The notes under the pieces are model-generated. The model was not told the origin of the DNA. It ran no database searches and saw only the letters and a program-made list of their open reading frames with translations. Shown here one piece after another: positions 46,750 to 56,705 of a DNA stretch of 64,000 bases. The DNA lies in the sequence record OZ413487.1; one strand, 5' to 3'. A program made the translations under genes and the position numbers. How positions within the stretch are numbered: position 1 is the first letter of the stretch; every line of letters begins with the position of its first letter. The DNA comes from a phage.

Positions 46750-47530
46750 ACCTGGTCTCCAAAATGTATTGTAGTTCTTTCTTACCTATACTCTTCATTC
46801 CAGCAGTCTTACCTGCTTCTTCTTGAAAAGAAGAATAGCATTCAGCAAACACTCTGTCAACACCGTTAACTAAAGATTTTATGAAATATGTTGATTCTTC
46901 AGATTTTGGGTCATCATCCCCCAATACTTTTCCAGCATTATACCCAACACGTCTTACACAGAAGTCGTAGTCATCTGGTGTGCTAAAAGAAAATAACTTA
47001 TTCTCTCCAATCTCTACAGGATCCCTATTGCACGCCTTTTTCTCCCAAATTTGGAAAACACATGGCACGTCATAAGGTTTGCCATTAAGTAAAAACGAAT
47101 TCTTAGGGCACCTTTCGCTGTAGACAAGGTGCATCGACATGTCCAGTTTGTTTGCAAAAAATATTTTTTCAAATGTCCGTGGCAAGATGAAGGCTATAGC
47201 CCCTCCAAGCTCTAGCAATGATGCACAATGGTTAAAGAATTTGCAAGCTAAGGATGAATTCTTGCCAAATGGTGGGTTACCTATGAAGACATCTGCCTTG
47301 GGATGCACCTCCAAGAAGTTTGCCTGAATGCACGGTGTTGGTCCTTCAAATTCAGGATCTGGTACTAAATCGTACGACAGTATCTCTGAAAATAGTTTTG
47401 AAAAAGAACCCCTTCCAGCAGAAGGCTCAACGTATGCACAATTCCCATACTTATCTTTTACTTTACCAACAAGATATTCTGCATACTCAGGGTTTGTGTA
47501 GTATTTGTCGTTGGACTCTTTCTTGCTCAA
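46712..47530 (-). CDS. DNA N6-adenine methyltransferase-like
   Basis: EPSAGRGSF (motif I-like) and IGNPPFG (motif IV); TTG start after a terminator hairpin at 47552-47569. Confidence 0.6.
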   Translation of the reverse strand: MSKKESNDKYYTNPEYAEYLVGKVKDKYGNCAYVEPSAGRGSFSKLFSEILSYDLVPDPEFEGPTPCIQANFLEVHPKADVFIGNPPFGKNSSLACKFFNHCASLLELGGAIAFILPRTFEKIFFANKLDMSMHLVYSERCPKNSFLLNGKPYDVPCVFQIWEKKACNRDPVEIGENKLFSFSTPDDYDFCVRRVGYNAGKVLGDDDPKSEESTYFIKSLVNGVDRVFAECYSSFQEEAGKTAGMKSIGKKELQYILETRYDQKHRLDQRTY

Positions 47531-47575
47531 AGTGCCTCCAAAAGGAAAAGGGAGGCGCAAGCCTCCCTATAATTG

Positions 47576-48559
47576 TTAGATTATCTGAATCAGGGTATTT
47601 TTCATTTCTTCTCTGGTTCGGATGTTGTTACGGTCACGAACAACAGATCCACAACCTTCGCAGCGGTATGTTTTAAATGCACTCAGTTGAGTATACGCCA
47701 AAGCTTCTTCCTCGTGAAGGTGTTCTCCACCACAGCGTGGGCAACGAACTTTTGGCTCCTCATCCTGGTAGTACAATGACATGTTGGGGTGCTGCTTAGC
47801 AAACGGGCGAGCCAGCAAATACAGGCCTTCCAGAGATAGGATATCGCCAACATTGTACTCCCGCATCTGTTTAAACGCCTCAAGATCACCGTGAACACAC
47901 TTGATCCACATTTCAAATGTGTGGTCAATCAGTTTCTGTCGGGCAAGTTGGAAGTATTTGCATGCATACTCCAAAGTGTTTGCATTCAAACGGAATGCCT
48001 TCTTGATCATTTTAAGGGTGTCAACCTCTTTGTAGGGGCTTGTTGGAGGCAATCCGTGAAATGCAAATCGTTGGTTGGCCCACCCACAGTCAAAACCTGA
48101 ATTGTGGGCTACTGCGACATCACATTTATCCAGATAATACCACAAATCCTGAATCAATTCGAGATCATTGTGAATATCCTCATCCCACATTTTGTAATCA
48201 GGAAGAGCGCAGTCAACCACACTAGGACTGTCTAACCACTTACCTGCGAAAGTTAGCATGTAGGGCATAATTTCAATACCACAGGTTTGAATGTTGGTCT
48301 TATAGTGCCCAAAGAACCAGCCGTTTGTTGGGGATGTCTCTGTATCATACACCCAAACTTTAGCACCTTTGTGCTCCTCAAGGAAGCGCTCCGTTGCCTC
48401 TCCTACAATCTCTGACATATTCTCTTGTGCACGTTTAAGCTGTAGTCGGATCCAGCTCTCACGTGACTCACGGCCTAAAAATTCACGAGCAATTTGTCTA
48501 TTAGTGTATCCCTGTTGCTTTAGTGTTAAAATTTGCTCAAGAGTTAACTTTGTCATCAT
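47576..48559 (-). CDS. DEDD-family 3'-5' exonuclease
   Basis: 327 aa; Exo I VYDTET, Exo II VAHNSGFD, Exo III YNVGD; C-terminal CxxC..CxxC. Confidence 0.65.
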   Translation of the reverse strand: MMTKLTLEQILTLKQQGYTNRQIAREFLGRESRESWIRLQLKRAQENMSEIVGEATERFLEEHKGAKVWVYDTETSPTNGWFFGHYKTNIQTCGIEIMPYMLTFAGKWLDSPSVVDCALPDYKMWDEDIHNDLELIQDLWYYLDKCDVAVAHNSGFDCGWANQRFAFHGLPPTSPYKEVDTLKMIKKAFRLNANTLEYACKYFQLARQKLIDHTFEMWIKCVHGDLEAFKQMREYNVGDILSLEGLYLLARPFAKQHPNMSLYYQDEEPKVRCPRCGGEHLHEEEALAYTQLSAFKTYRCEGCGSVVRDRNNIRTREEMKNTLIQII

Positions 48560-48571
48560 CGTTAAGATTCC

Positions 48572-48793
48572 TTAGTAAAACTGAAGAATGTCTTTTAAAG
48601 CGAAGTCACGATATTCGCCCTTGTCTACATCGAAGGCACGCATCAACCACTGCTCTTCTTTATGATACTCTGTAGAGCCAAACCATAAATTAGGCTCAGT
48701 AACGCAGCGATCTGCAACAACACCTTTCCAGTTACGGTATTTCATCCTGATCAGGACTGAGTCGCAAGGATTGAATACCTTTTTCATCCCCAT
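48572..48793 (-). CDS. hypothetical protein
   Basis: 73 aa; GAGGAGAGAG SD. Confidence 0.4.
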   Translation of the reverse strand: MGMKKVFNPCDSVLIRMKYRNWKGVVADRCVTEPNLWFGSTEYHKEEQWLMRAFDVDKGEYRDFALKDILQFY

Positions 48794-49337
48794 AGAAATC
48801 TCTCTCCTCAGTTTTCTTTATAAACTCTTGCATGTAGGACTCAATAGCCTCATGCTTGGTGCACTCCGGATCAATGACAAGATTGAGATCTGATTCTGCT
48901 CGTGCAATAATCGTAGCTTTAGAGCATCTCCTCAAGAACTTTGTCATATCATCTCTGTAGTTTTTGTGGAGCGGGAAGTCGCTGTAGTCTTTCTCCAAAT
49001 AGTCAGCCATCCGGCGCAACGCCTCTGATAAACTGCAATCTGTATACTCGTTACAGTATTTCATCCAGTATTTAAGCACATACCCCTCAAAGGTATTAGT
49101 GCATTGAGACAAAACACCCCTGCAACGACCAGTCAGATGATCATGATCTAAACAAGGCTTACGAAGTGGCTCGCACAAGATCGGATCAAGACCATCCTGC
49201 TCCTCTGACAATTCTTTTCGAAAGTTGGCTATGTCCTTAGAATCTTTTAACCACCCGTTATGAACTGGGGCTTTGACAGCTTTCTTTCTTATTTTACGCT
49301 TTGCGATAATCCCTCCAGATGAGCCCTGCCTATCCAA
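48732..49337 (-). CDS. recombination endonuclease VII-like
   Basis: 201 aa; C..C...LDHDHLTGRCRGVL..C.N matches the endo VII family signature. Confidence 0.55.
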   Translation of the reverse strand: MDRQGSSGGIIAKRKIRKKAVKAPVHNGWLKDSKDIANFRKELSEEQDGLDPILCEPLRKPCLDHDHLTGRCRGVLSQCTNTFEGYVLKYWMKYCNEYTDCSLSEALRRMADYLEKDYSDFPLHKNYRDDMTKFLRRCSKATIIARAESDLNLVIDPECTKHEAIESYMQEFIKKTEERDFYGDEKGIQSLRLSPDQDEIP

Positions 49338-49918
49338 TAAGCATCTGCGAGATCGGCCTTACCTTGTACCAAATTGATCCCGTCTAGGAACCCAGGTTCA
49401 GATACTTCGCAGGCCTTAACCATCAACTTTTTATCCATTGTAACAGGTTTCTTCACAGTATGCTCTTTACCTGTCTTTTTGTCAAGCTTTTTCTTCTCCT
49501 CAAAAGCAAGTTCTTCAGGAAGATGACTACGAGCAAACTTTTTGGCAGTTGTTGGTGTCACTGTGTGGACCTTAAACAGGCCGTCATTTTCACAATCAGC
49601 TAAGGCATCCCAAAGCATAATTTCAAGACCGTAAAACAACCCAGCCAGTTCACGTGTGGCATCCCCGCGTGATCCAAAGGAAAGCCCTTCCATAACCACG
49701 GTGTCAACGTGATGCGTGTGGATATAATATCTGACCTGTTTGCAGATCCAGTCAATACGCTCAGCAGCTGTTGCAAAAGAAACCGTCCCTGGTTTCTTCT
49801 CTTTTGCAGATGAGCTTTGAGTTCGTAACACAACCTTATGAACAGGCTTTCCATCGTCCCATACAACGCAAGCTGTGTGTGTCAACGACTGGTCTATGGA
49901 TAATAGACGCTCTCTCAT
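49289..49918 (-). CDS. RuvC-like Holliday junction resolvase
   Basis: 209 aa; LSIDQSLTHTA (RuvC GIDPGS-like), VVMEGLSF, and ADLADAYWIG (RuvC ADAADALAIA-like). Confidence 0.55.
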   Translation of the reverse strand: MRERLLSIDQSLTHTACVVWDDGKPVHKVVLRTQSSSAKEKKPGTVSFATAAERIDWICKQVRYYIHTHHVDTVVMEGLSFGSRGDATRELAGLFYGLEIMLWDALADCENDGLFKVHTVTPTTAKKFARSHLPEELAFEEKKKLDKKTGKEHTVKKPVTMDKKLMVKACEVSEPGFLDGINLVQGKADLADAYWIGRAHLEGLSQSVK

Positions 49919-50250
49919 ACTTCCTCATCCTCCTCTCCTTCATCAGGAGCATAAGCCTTATCTTTGAACAAGACGAGAGAGCAAAGCTTAACATCTGTTT
50001 CCACACTGGTGAACATGCATAACCGCTCGCCCTCAATCAGTTCACAATCCTCTTTTAAAACAGCAGACCATACACGGTCATCTGCGTAATCATCAGTGTA
50101 CAGGATGTATGAAATGGTGTCATCTTCATACAACCGCCACATACCTGTGGCAACAACGAATGTATTTTTTGTTTTAAGTGTCCCTGTTGTATGATCATCC
50201 TCAAAAACAGCTTCCATAATTGCACTATCTACAGAATTTTTAGTCATCAA
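49915..50250 (-). CDS. hypothetical acidic protein
   Basis: 111 aa; TGGAGC SD. Confidence 0.45.
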   Translation of the reverse strand: MMTKNSVDSAIMEAVFEDDHTTGTLKTKNTFVVATGMWRLYEDDTISYILYTDDYADDRVWSAVLKEDCELIEGERLCMFTSVETDVKLCSLVLFKDKAYAPDEGEEDEEV

Positions 50251-51386
50251 ATTGCTCCAACATTTCTAAGAACGTTAACAAGTTTTGTTTGATCATTGAA
50301 TGTTCGCTTCATATACAAACAGTCAAAAATTATACTCATCCATTGACCTACGGAAATTCTACGATCAACACCATTGAAGTCAGTATACTTAACAACACCT
50401 TTCGGGAACCACTTCTTGTACTGATCAATAATAGCCACCCACATCTCCTTTGGAGTGCTGCACTGAGACAGTAGGTAGAATGCTGAGGCATCTCCGAACT
50501 TACCCTTACCGATAAGTCCCTGATACGGCTTGATGTTGTCAGCAGAGTCACCACACAGCATTTGGTATCCGAAGAACAGCATTCCGTAACCACCAACCTC
50601 TCCATTAGGCTTCATGAAGATGTTCCCCATACCGTTATCGATCAGCATAGGGGTTTCTCTTACAAAATCTCCCTTATCGTTTCGCATGGGATCGAACACA
50701 AGCCCCGGTAGTGTTCTTTGGTCCTTATCAATAGAGATAATAAACTTGTTGAACTTACCTGTTTTTTGGTAGTGGTTCCAACCTTCAAATTGCTGGATAG
50801 CTAACCAGTCGTCAGCCTCGATACCGTTGATCACTTGAGCATTATACTGCTTTTGGAGATACTGTCTTGCATCTCCAAGCAGCAGTGGTCGAAGAGTATT
50901 GTTACGGTTGGCTTTATATCTTTCCGGCATGGGAAGATCTAGTCTGAAATTACCTGTGCCTCCAAGTACCCCCACGCACCGATCTTCCGGAATACCGAGA
51001 TAATTAAGGACTGCATTAGCTTTACACTTAATTGTGTGCAAGCAGTTCTCTACAGGATCAGGGGTTTGGATATCCAAGACATCGAAATCTTCTCGTGTCC
51101 ACGGAATAAACTCCTTGCCAGCCTTTTTACATGCAGCTTCACGGTTGGTATTCTCAGCTTTTAACCAACCACCAACGGTGTTCTTCTGCCGCCCCCAGAA
51201 CTCTGTTCGTGTTTTAAACATCTTCTTACGTCCGGAGGCTTTGTGTGTTACCTCAATTGTCCTTTTTTCACAACTTGCTGCAGCTTGATATGCAACCTGA
51301 TCGAAGTCATAATAAACTATAGCGTCAGGTTCAAGAAGATCAGCCAGACAATCTATGGACTCAATAAGTGGATATTCTCTACTCAA
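50247..51386 (-). CDS. 5'-3' exonuclease / flap endonuclease (RNase H-like, FEN family)
   Basis: 379 aa; GIEADDWLA and GDSADNIKPYQGLIGKGK match FEN motifs GVEADDMAA / GDLGDNIRGVEGIGAKRG; TTG start after AGGAGGG SD. Confidence 0.7.
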   Translation of the reverse strand: MSREYPLIESIDCLADLLEPDAIVYYDFDQVAYQAAASCEKRTIEVTHKASGRKKMFKTRTEFWGRQKNTVGGWLKAENTNREAACKKAGKEFIPWTREDFDVLDIQTPDPVENCLHTIKCKANAVLNYLGIPEDRCVGVLGGTGNFRLDLPMPERYKANRNNTLRPLLLGDARQYLQKQYNAQVINGIEADDWLAIQQFEGWNHYQKTGKFNKFIISIDKDQRTLPGLVFDPMRNDKGDFVRETPMLIDNGMGNIFMKPNGEVGGYGMLFFGYQMLCGDSADNIKPYQGLIGKGKFGDASAFYLLSQCSTPKEMWVAIIDQYKKWFPKGVVKYTDFNGVDRRISVGQWMSIIFDCLYMKRTFNDQTKLVNVLRNVGAI

Positions 51387-51687
51387 AGACCCTCCTGTTA
51401 GTTATTCTGCAAGATGGTTGGATGCTGTAATGGAAGGCATCATCACTCTCTGCAATAAGTGACTCAACATCCCAATACTTTTCAAAAAGGAACGGATTAG
51501 ACCCCCAGTGGTGGGTTATTTTCATCAAGGAGTCTGGTATCATATAACCACAGATCTTAATTACATCGCCAGGTTGAATTGTGTTTTCATGAAGGTTGCT
51601 TGCCTTCTTCAGAATCATACCTTTATGATTCTCGTTTGCATACAACTGGACAATATCTTTATCTTCAACAATAAAAATTTTAAGCAT
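51379..51687 (-). CDS. hypothetical protein
   Basis: 102 aa; TAGGAGAA SD; promoter 51721-51750 upstream. Confidence 0.5.
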   Translation of the reverse strand: MLKIFIVEDKDIVQLYANENHKGMILKKASNLHENTIQPGDVIKICGYMIPDSLMKITHHWGSNPFLFEKYWDVESLIAESDDAFHYSIQPSCRITNRRVFE

Positions 51688-51720
51688 ATCTAGTTCTCCT
51701 AGTTTATAGATATCTTACCG

Positions 51721-51750
51721 ATAATATCAGATTAATAACACTTTTGTCAA
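51721..51750 (-). promoter_or_regulatory. sigma70-like promoter
   Basis: Minus strand TTGACA-N18-TATTAT. Confidence 0.5.
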
Positions 51751-52040
51751 GACTTTTTAGTCTTTCTTGGAGAGCTTTTTGTTGATCTTTTCCTTTTGTG
51801 GTAGATTCCAAGTGCAGCGTTTTCTTGGGCGCACGTTTTAACAGTTCTCAGACAAGAACTTTCAGCTTTAGGCAGGTTTAACTCCCACCAACCAAGCCAG
51901 TAAAGTTCTGATTCAGACAACTGCTCAGATTCAGCCTTCCGATACAAGGCTTGCATACCTCTGATGATATCGTCCAGAGGTGTATCGAATACAAAAGCTG
52001 TCTTATCGAATTTCTCTTTTACAGGTTTCTTAGCCATCAA
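51747..52040 (-). CDS. hypothetical basic protein
   Basis: 97 aa; GAGGGTT SD. Confidence 0.45.
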   Translation of the reverse strand: MMAKKPVKEKFDKTAFVFDTPLDDIIRGMQALYRKAESEQLSESELYWLGWWELNLPKAESSCLRTVKTCAQENAALGIYHKRKRSTKSSPRKTKKS

Positions 52041-52494
52041 GGTAACCCTCTATCCACGAAAAGTCAGTCTTCCACTCTGGAACTTTACTAAGCTCACGCC
52101 ACTCTGCAAAGCAGTCTCGGTAATACTCCTCTGCCATACCTTTGGTGATCTTATTCACCTTAGCCAACTGATTAACTGCCTGAGCATACTTTCCACGGAT
52201 ATTTGCTAACCCAGGGTGCACCGATGTGTGACAATCCGGGCACAACGCTATCAGTCCGACAAGCCGGATCACTCCCTCTTCGAAAGTGTAAAGTTCATGA
52301 CACTCCACTGGGTGTTTGCTGCCTTTACCGCCGCACACCTCACAGGTGTAGTTGGCTTCTCTATAGCACTTCTTGCGGATCTTATCCCACTCACTCTTCT
52401 TTACAGCGTTTCGGAGGTTATTATACCAAGCTGTTTCTGGGATCAGTTGCACAATAAGCCTGCGTTCAGACTTCATTAAACGTCCGTCTTCCAC
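52030..52494 (-). CDS. zinc-binding protein (possible HNH-like nuclease)
   Basis: 154 aa; CEVCGGKGSKHPVECHELY and CPDCH metal-binding pattern; GTG start after GAGGAGG SD. Confidence 0.4.
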   Translation of the reverse strand: MEDGRLMKSERRLIVQLIPETAWYNNLRNAVKKSEWDKIRKKCYREANYTCEVCGGKGSKHPVECHELYTFEEGVIRLVGLIALCPDCHTSVHPGLANIRGKYAQAVNQLAKVNKITKGMAEEYYRDCFAEWRELSKVPEWKTDFSWIEGYLDG

Positions 52495-52503
52495 GTATCC
52501 TCC

Positions 52504-52710
52504 TCATTCAAAGAAATGGGTACGAGGGCAGGAACCTGCCTCTCCTTGTTTCACAAGTTCGTAGAGCTCACCTTGGCTTGTCTCATAAAGGCAAATACGT
52601 TTACCATTGTCCCGATATACATCGACAAGATACGCTGTTTCACCTGCAAACACTACACCACAGGCCAGACATGCCGCCATGAACAAAATTGCCAACAGAA
52701 AATCTTTCAT
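52504..52710 (-). CDS. small secreted/lipoprotein-like protein
   Basis: 68 aa; N-terminal signal-like segment MKDFLLAILFMAACLACG with Cys after hydrophobic core (non-canonical lipobox). Confidence 0.45.
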   Translation of the reverse strand: MKDFLLAILFMAACLACGVVFAGETAYLVDVYRDNGKRICLYETSQGELYELVKQGEAGSCPRTHFFE

Positions 52711-52778
52711 GGTTAAACCCTCTCAAACATTTTATGAGGTGACAATACCACGTCCGTGTGGTTATGTCAATGATACTG

Positions 52779-53462
52779 TTACAAGCTTTCAGTAAGAGCC
52801 TTTGCGTAACACGCTTCAGCAGACTCTTTGGTGTCAAACCTGCCTAACGTTTTTCCTCTGAAAGTTACTTTCCATTTGCCCCTGTCTGCTTCAAATCTGA
52901 CACCTCTAGATTTATCCCTCCCTAAAGGCTGTCCACGATATTCCCTGACAAACGTGCCACTTTCAAAAGACTTTTGAGCAGCAATGGCCTCTTCTAAGGT
53001 ATCGTATTCTCCTAAATCTTTCTTATAGTAATGACCTACCTTACCAAAAGCAGCATACCTTCCAGATCTAGCATGAAAATATACACCCAAATGTCCAGTA
53101 TTGGATTTAGGTATCTTGCGTGCCAGGCATCCGTCATCTGCCGCCTTTTTTGCATTTTCTTCTGGTGTTAACAGTTGTAGGTTTTCTACCCTATCATCCG
53201 CAACACCATCGGAATAGAAAAGTGGCTTTATGTGATCAACTTCGTACCCTTCTGGGATTGGTCCATAGTGCATCTCCCACACCAATCTATGCCTGTAGTA
53301 ATGCACGCCACAATAGACTATATCCCTGTACCCGTCCATGTTAGTACATCCAGCCTCCTTTCCCAGTAGTTGAGGTTTGTTTTTTGGCGGGGACTTCCAA
53401 AACAACCTTCCAGTTCCTGTATCGTATCTAAAGACACTCCACCAGTTAATCCCGTTACTCAT
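52779..53462 (-). CDS. HNH homing endonuclease with AP2-type DNA-binding domain
   Basis: EVDHIKP...NLQLLTPEEN HNH motif; C-terminal GVYFHARSGRYAAF AP2-like repeat; ATG 53462 after AGGTGGAG SD. Confidence 0.7.
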   Translation of the reverse strand: MSNGINWWSVFRYDTGTGRLFWKSPPKNKPQLLGKEAGCTNMDGYRDIVYCGVHYYRHRLVWEMHYGPIPEGYEVDHIKPLFYSDGVADDRVENLQLLTPEENAKKAADDGCLARKIPKSNTGHLGVYFHARSGRYAAFGKVGHYYKKDLGEYDTLEEAIAAQKSFESGTFVREYRGQPLGRDKSRGVRFEADRGKWKVTFRGKTLGRFDTKESAEACYAKALTESL

Positions 53463-53943
53463 CTGTAACAACTCCACCTGCCTTCTTAAAGATATCCAGC
53501 ATCTTGTCTATACTTTCTGCTCGCTGATTGTACAGCTTTCCAGCTCCTGGCGGTGGTGGGAAGCTTGCCCAGCGGCTGCGGCATTTATAAATGGCCTGAT
53601 GAATACGCCCTTCGTCAATGTCAGCGAGAGCCTTGCACTCACGGATCAGTTGCAACGCAATCTTGTCCTGACTGGCAGGGCCAAAATCTGGTAATCCTAA
53701 CTGTTTCATGTAGTGTTTAGCAAACTTCTCCAAAACCTGGTAACGACCAGCAGCGGAGGAGGTAAGTTTAGCATTTAGCTTAACGTAAACACCTGGATGC
53801 TTGCTGTAATCGCTGAACAGCTTGCCGCCGACTATGACATCGTACCCCCGATCCTTGGTAGGTTGTCTACCATTATCTGTTCCTTCCGAATATGCGATCA
53901 TATCCAAGAAAGCTTTTCGTTGAACATTTTTATCAAGTTTCAT
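53455..53943 (-). CDS. endolysin (lambda R-type lytic transglycosylase)
   Basis: 162 aa; QRKAFLDMIAYSEGTDNGRQPTKDRGYDVIVGG nearly identical in pattern to lambda R N-terminus. Confidence 0.85.
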   Translation of the reverse strand: MKLDKNVQRKAFLDMIAYSEGTDNGRQPTKDRGYDVIVGGKLFSDYSKHPGVYVKLNAKLTSSAAGRYQVLEKFAKHYMKQLGLPDFGPASQDKIALQLIRECKALADIDEGRIHQAIYKCRSRWASFPPPPGAGKLYNQRAESIDKMLDIFKKAGGVVTDE

Positions 53944-54067
53944 TTTTCATACTCTCCAGTTTGCTCATAACTAACCCGATCAACAACACTGCATAGTGTG
54001 GTTATGTAGGTGCCAATTGAAAAACCATCATTCAATTGGCTACCGTTACCTACTAAACCATCCTACA

Positions 54068-55351
54068 TCATTCCAGAACCTCCCAAGTGTCTGGGTCAAC
54101 ATTTCGGACGCAGATACCGACAGGGAATTGGTAGTTGTTGTCTTCTGTCCTTGATTGATATTTGAAGGTGACAAACTTGCCGATCATTTCCTGCATCCTG
54201 TCATAGCTACGCTCCTCGTGCGTGCCTTTCATCTTCATTTTAACAATAACACCTTCCTTGTCAACACAGATAAGAACACCTTCATCATTCTTATCTTTCT
54301 CAACGTCAATAACTTTCACCTCTGCGTCGTTGAACTTTTTCCATTTCAATGCTTCAGATGTTCGCTGACCGTACTCGTATTTACCGCAGAAATTACGCAT
54401 GATAGTACCTTCATATCCTTCGGACATGAATATACCAACAGATTCTTCGCAATGATCAACTGTGTACGCAAGCTCTGCGTCAACAACCTTGATATGGTCA
54501 AGCATCAGAGTGGTAACGGTATCCTCTGCATCCATAAGATCCTTGCAGCGTCCAGACTCTGTTTCTGGATCCCACCACACCTTGTCGCTAGGAATATCAA
54601 AAATGTGATACTCCAGATCGTAGCTACAGTACCCACCGTAACGCAAATCATCACGAACAGGCTCAACATCGACAGGAATATCTACCTTGTTGAAGTTTTT
54701 GTATGTTGATAAGCCTGCCTTAATTGCTGCATGACGGCGTTTTTTATCTGCCTCATAGTCTTTATCGATCTCGGCCTGAATTTCTTCCTGTGTGCGCCAC
54801 CGTTTAGCAAGAGACACTATTTTCTGCAGAGGAAGACCATGAATATAGAGCTCTCCGTCGAGCTGTTTAATCCCGGTGGTTAGGTGGAAAGAGCGAAGTT
54901 GCTCCAGAAGCTTTCCTTGAATAGGGTAGGACTTATTACCACGGGAAATAAATTTAGGCTCACCATTTTGGAAAACAACAAGCAGACGAAGGCCATCTAA
55001 CTTACGCAAGATCCAGCAAGGTAATTTAAGTGCCTTGCCACGCTTCAGGTAGTCATGCACCAGCATGGGTAAAAGATCAACACCCTGCTCGCAATCTTCC
55101 ATGTTTTCAACATACCCCAGACGGACTTGTTTTTCCCACTTGCTGATAGCCTCAAGCTCGGCCTGTTGCTCAGCTGTAGTCTCGTTGGCACGACCTACGT
55201 TCTTAGGTGTGCATACCGTCTCTTTGTACTGCAGTTTACCATCAAGCTTGCCAAACTCTACGATAACCTTATCACCATCCGTGAATACTTTCCACTGTTG
55301 GTAGCTGCCATCTTTATTCAGTGCGTACAGTGTTGTTTTGATCTGATGCAT
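54068..55351 (-). CDS. DNA ligase (nucleotidyltransferase, KxDG motif)
   Basis: 427 aa; PML...KLDGLR motif I, EGYEGTIMRN and KWKKF downstream motifs; hairpin terminator after stop. Confidence 0.7.
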   Translation of the reverse strand: MHQIKTTLYALNKDGSYQQWKVFTDGDKVIVEFGKLDGKLQYKETVCTPKNVGRANETTAEQQAELEAISKWEKQVRLGYVENMEDCEQGVDLLPMLVHDYLKRGKALKLPCWILRKLDGLRLLVVFQNGEPKFISRGNKSYPIQGKLLEQLRSFHLTTGIKQLDGELYIHGLPLQKIVSLAKRWRTQEEIQAEIDKDYEADKKRRHAAIKAGLSTYKNFNKVDIPVDVEPVRDDLRYGGYCSYDLEYHIFDIPSDKVWWDPETESGRCKDLMDAEDTVTTLMLDHIKVVDAELAYTVDHCEESVGIFMSEGYEGTIMRNFCGKYEYGQRTSEALKWKKFNDAEVKVIDVEKDKNDEGVLICVDKEGVIVKMKMKGTHEERSYDRMQEMIGKFVTFKYQSRTEDNNYQFPVGICVRNVDPDTWEVLE

Positions 55352-55620
55352 TACTCGGCCTCTTCCTTAAAAATTTTAAACATCTCTTCTTTACTCATTA
55401 CCAACCAGTCTCCCATAAAGTCAACTAGCCAATCTCCCTGGTACAAGACAAGGTTACCAAAAGGCTCGACAAGCTCACACATGCGACGAAGATCTCTGGT
55501 CCGAACAGGTGACGATGTAAACACACCTGTATCAATCCACCGTTGCAGATCAGATACTGATGAAGAGCTTCCGTCAAACTGATGTGCTTCTACAGGTTTA
55601 GCAAGATTAAATAACGGCAT
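55351..55620 (-). CDS. hypothetical protein
   Basis: 89 aa; GAAGGAGG SD. Confidence 0.5.
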   Translation of the reverse strand: MPLFNLAKPVEAHQFDGSSSSVSDLQRWIDTGVFTSSPVRTRDLRRMCELVEPFGNLVLYQGDWLVDFMGDWLVMSKEEMFKIFKEEAE

Positions 55621-55936
55621 TGCAGTCCTCCTTCTGTAGTAGGTCTTTTATAGGATAAACAAGTAAGTGTGGGTCGTAATAACGTATAGTCCTATTCTGC
55701 CACACTATGAACTTTATTACAACCAAATTTACAATATCTTTATCACCATGTAGCCCAACACACACATTTGTCCATATTTTGTGGTTGAAGACCTTGCTAT
55801 CGATGTAGATTTTAGTGTCAAACTTATCCTCCATTCTACCAATAAGTTTAACCAACTCTTTCATCTGATCCCCAAACACAGCATCGTTTTCAAGATCTCT
55901 AGAGTGCTTGTACATAACTATCTGCCTCACTTGCAT
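55607..55936 (-). CDS. hypothetical protein
   Basis: ATG 55936 (track 55945 GTG); terminator hairpin agccgggattacccggct upstream. Confidence 0.45.
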   Translation of the reverse strand: MQVRQIVMYKHSRDLENDAVFGDQMKELVKLIGRMEDKFDTKIYIDSKVFNHKIWTNVCVGLHGDKDIVNLVVIKFIVWQNRTIRYYDPHLLVYPIKDLLQKEDCNAVI

Positions 55937-55978
55937 ACTTTCCACAACAAGTAAAGCCGGGTAATCCCGGCTATGTTG

Positions 55979-56692
55979 TTAAATATACTCTGTTACATCC
56001 TTGAAGCTCGAAGGCTTCATGATCTTACCTTTACTGTCAAGGAATATGATAACTTTATTACCGTTGTAGAATTCTTCCTTAGCAACAAAACCTTCATATC
56101 GACCATCAAAGCGTCGTTCAAGATCTTTAATCTCCAACTCGATGAGTTGTTCAGCAGGCATATCTGCACTGGCACCGTGTGAATACCGTAGATGGTTGAC
56201 CCGTGCAAACTTGCTGTCATTCGATTTGAGAACCTTACGCATCATCCCGCACACATCGCCGCGAAGCTGGAACAGCAAAGCTGTTGACAACTCTGCTAAG
56301 CGGTAAGCGGATGCTCTTTGCTTAGAGGTGTTTTTCGCAGCGATCAGTGTATCATAGAACTCACCGATCTTGAACTTAAGACCTCGTGGATTATCAAACA
56401 GGTTTGACCACTTTTCGTGATTGTCATTAACAAGATAAGCGGCATAACTTGTGACAACGTGAAGATCGCAGGCCTCTTTTAGCAGGTGATCTCCACCATC
56501 CCCTTTCTCCAGCTCTTCCAAAACTTCATTGAACTCTTCCTCAATGAAGCTAAGCTGTAATTCGAACGGTATGTATGATTTTTTCACTTTAGCTGCCACA
56601 CGGTTCCAGTTTTCCACCCAGTTGGCAGACCAAAGGTAGTTTTCAGGTTGGGACAGTTTTTCCAGGTTGTCAATTAATTTGGTATTCAGCAT
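55979..56692 (-). CDS. hypothetical protein (possible MazG-like NTP pyrophosphohydrolase)
   Basis: 237 aa; EEEFNEVLEELEKGD...ACDLHVV resembles MazG EExxE...D motifs (weak); AAAGGAGA SD. Confidence 0.35.
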   Translation of the reverse strand: MLNTKLIDNLEKLSQPENYLWSANWVENWNRVAAKVKKSYIPFELQLSFIEEEFNEVLEELEKGDGGDHLLKEACDLHVVTSYAAYLVNDNHEKWSNLFDNPRGLKFKIGEFYDTLIAAKNTSKQRASAYRLAELSTALLFQLRGDVCGMMRKVLKSNDSKFARVNHLRYSHGASADMPAEQLIELEIKDLERRFDGRYEGFVAKEEFYNGNKVIIFLDSKGKIMKPSSFKDVTEYI

Positions 56693-56705
56693 TAAAGGTC
56701 TCCTT

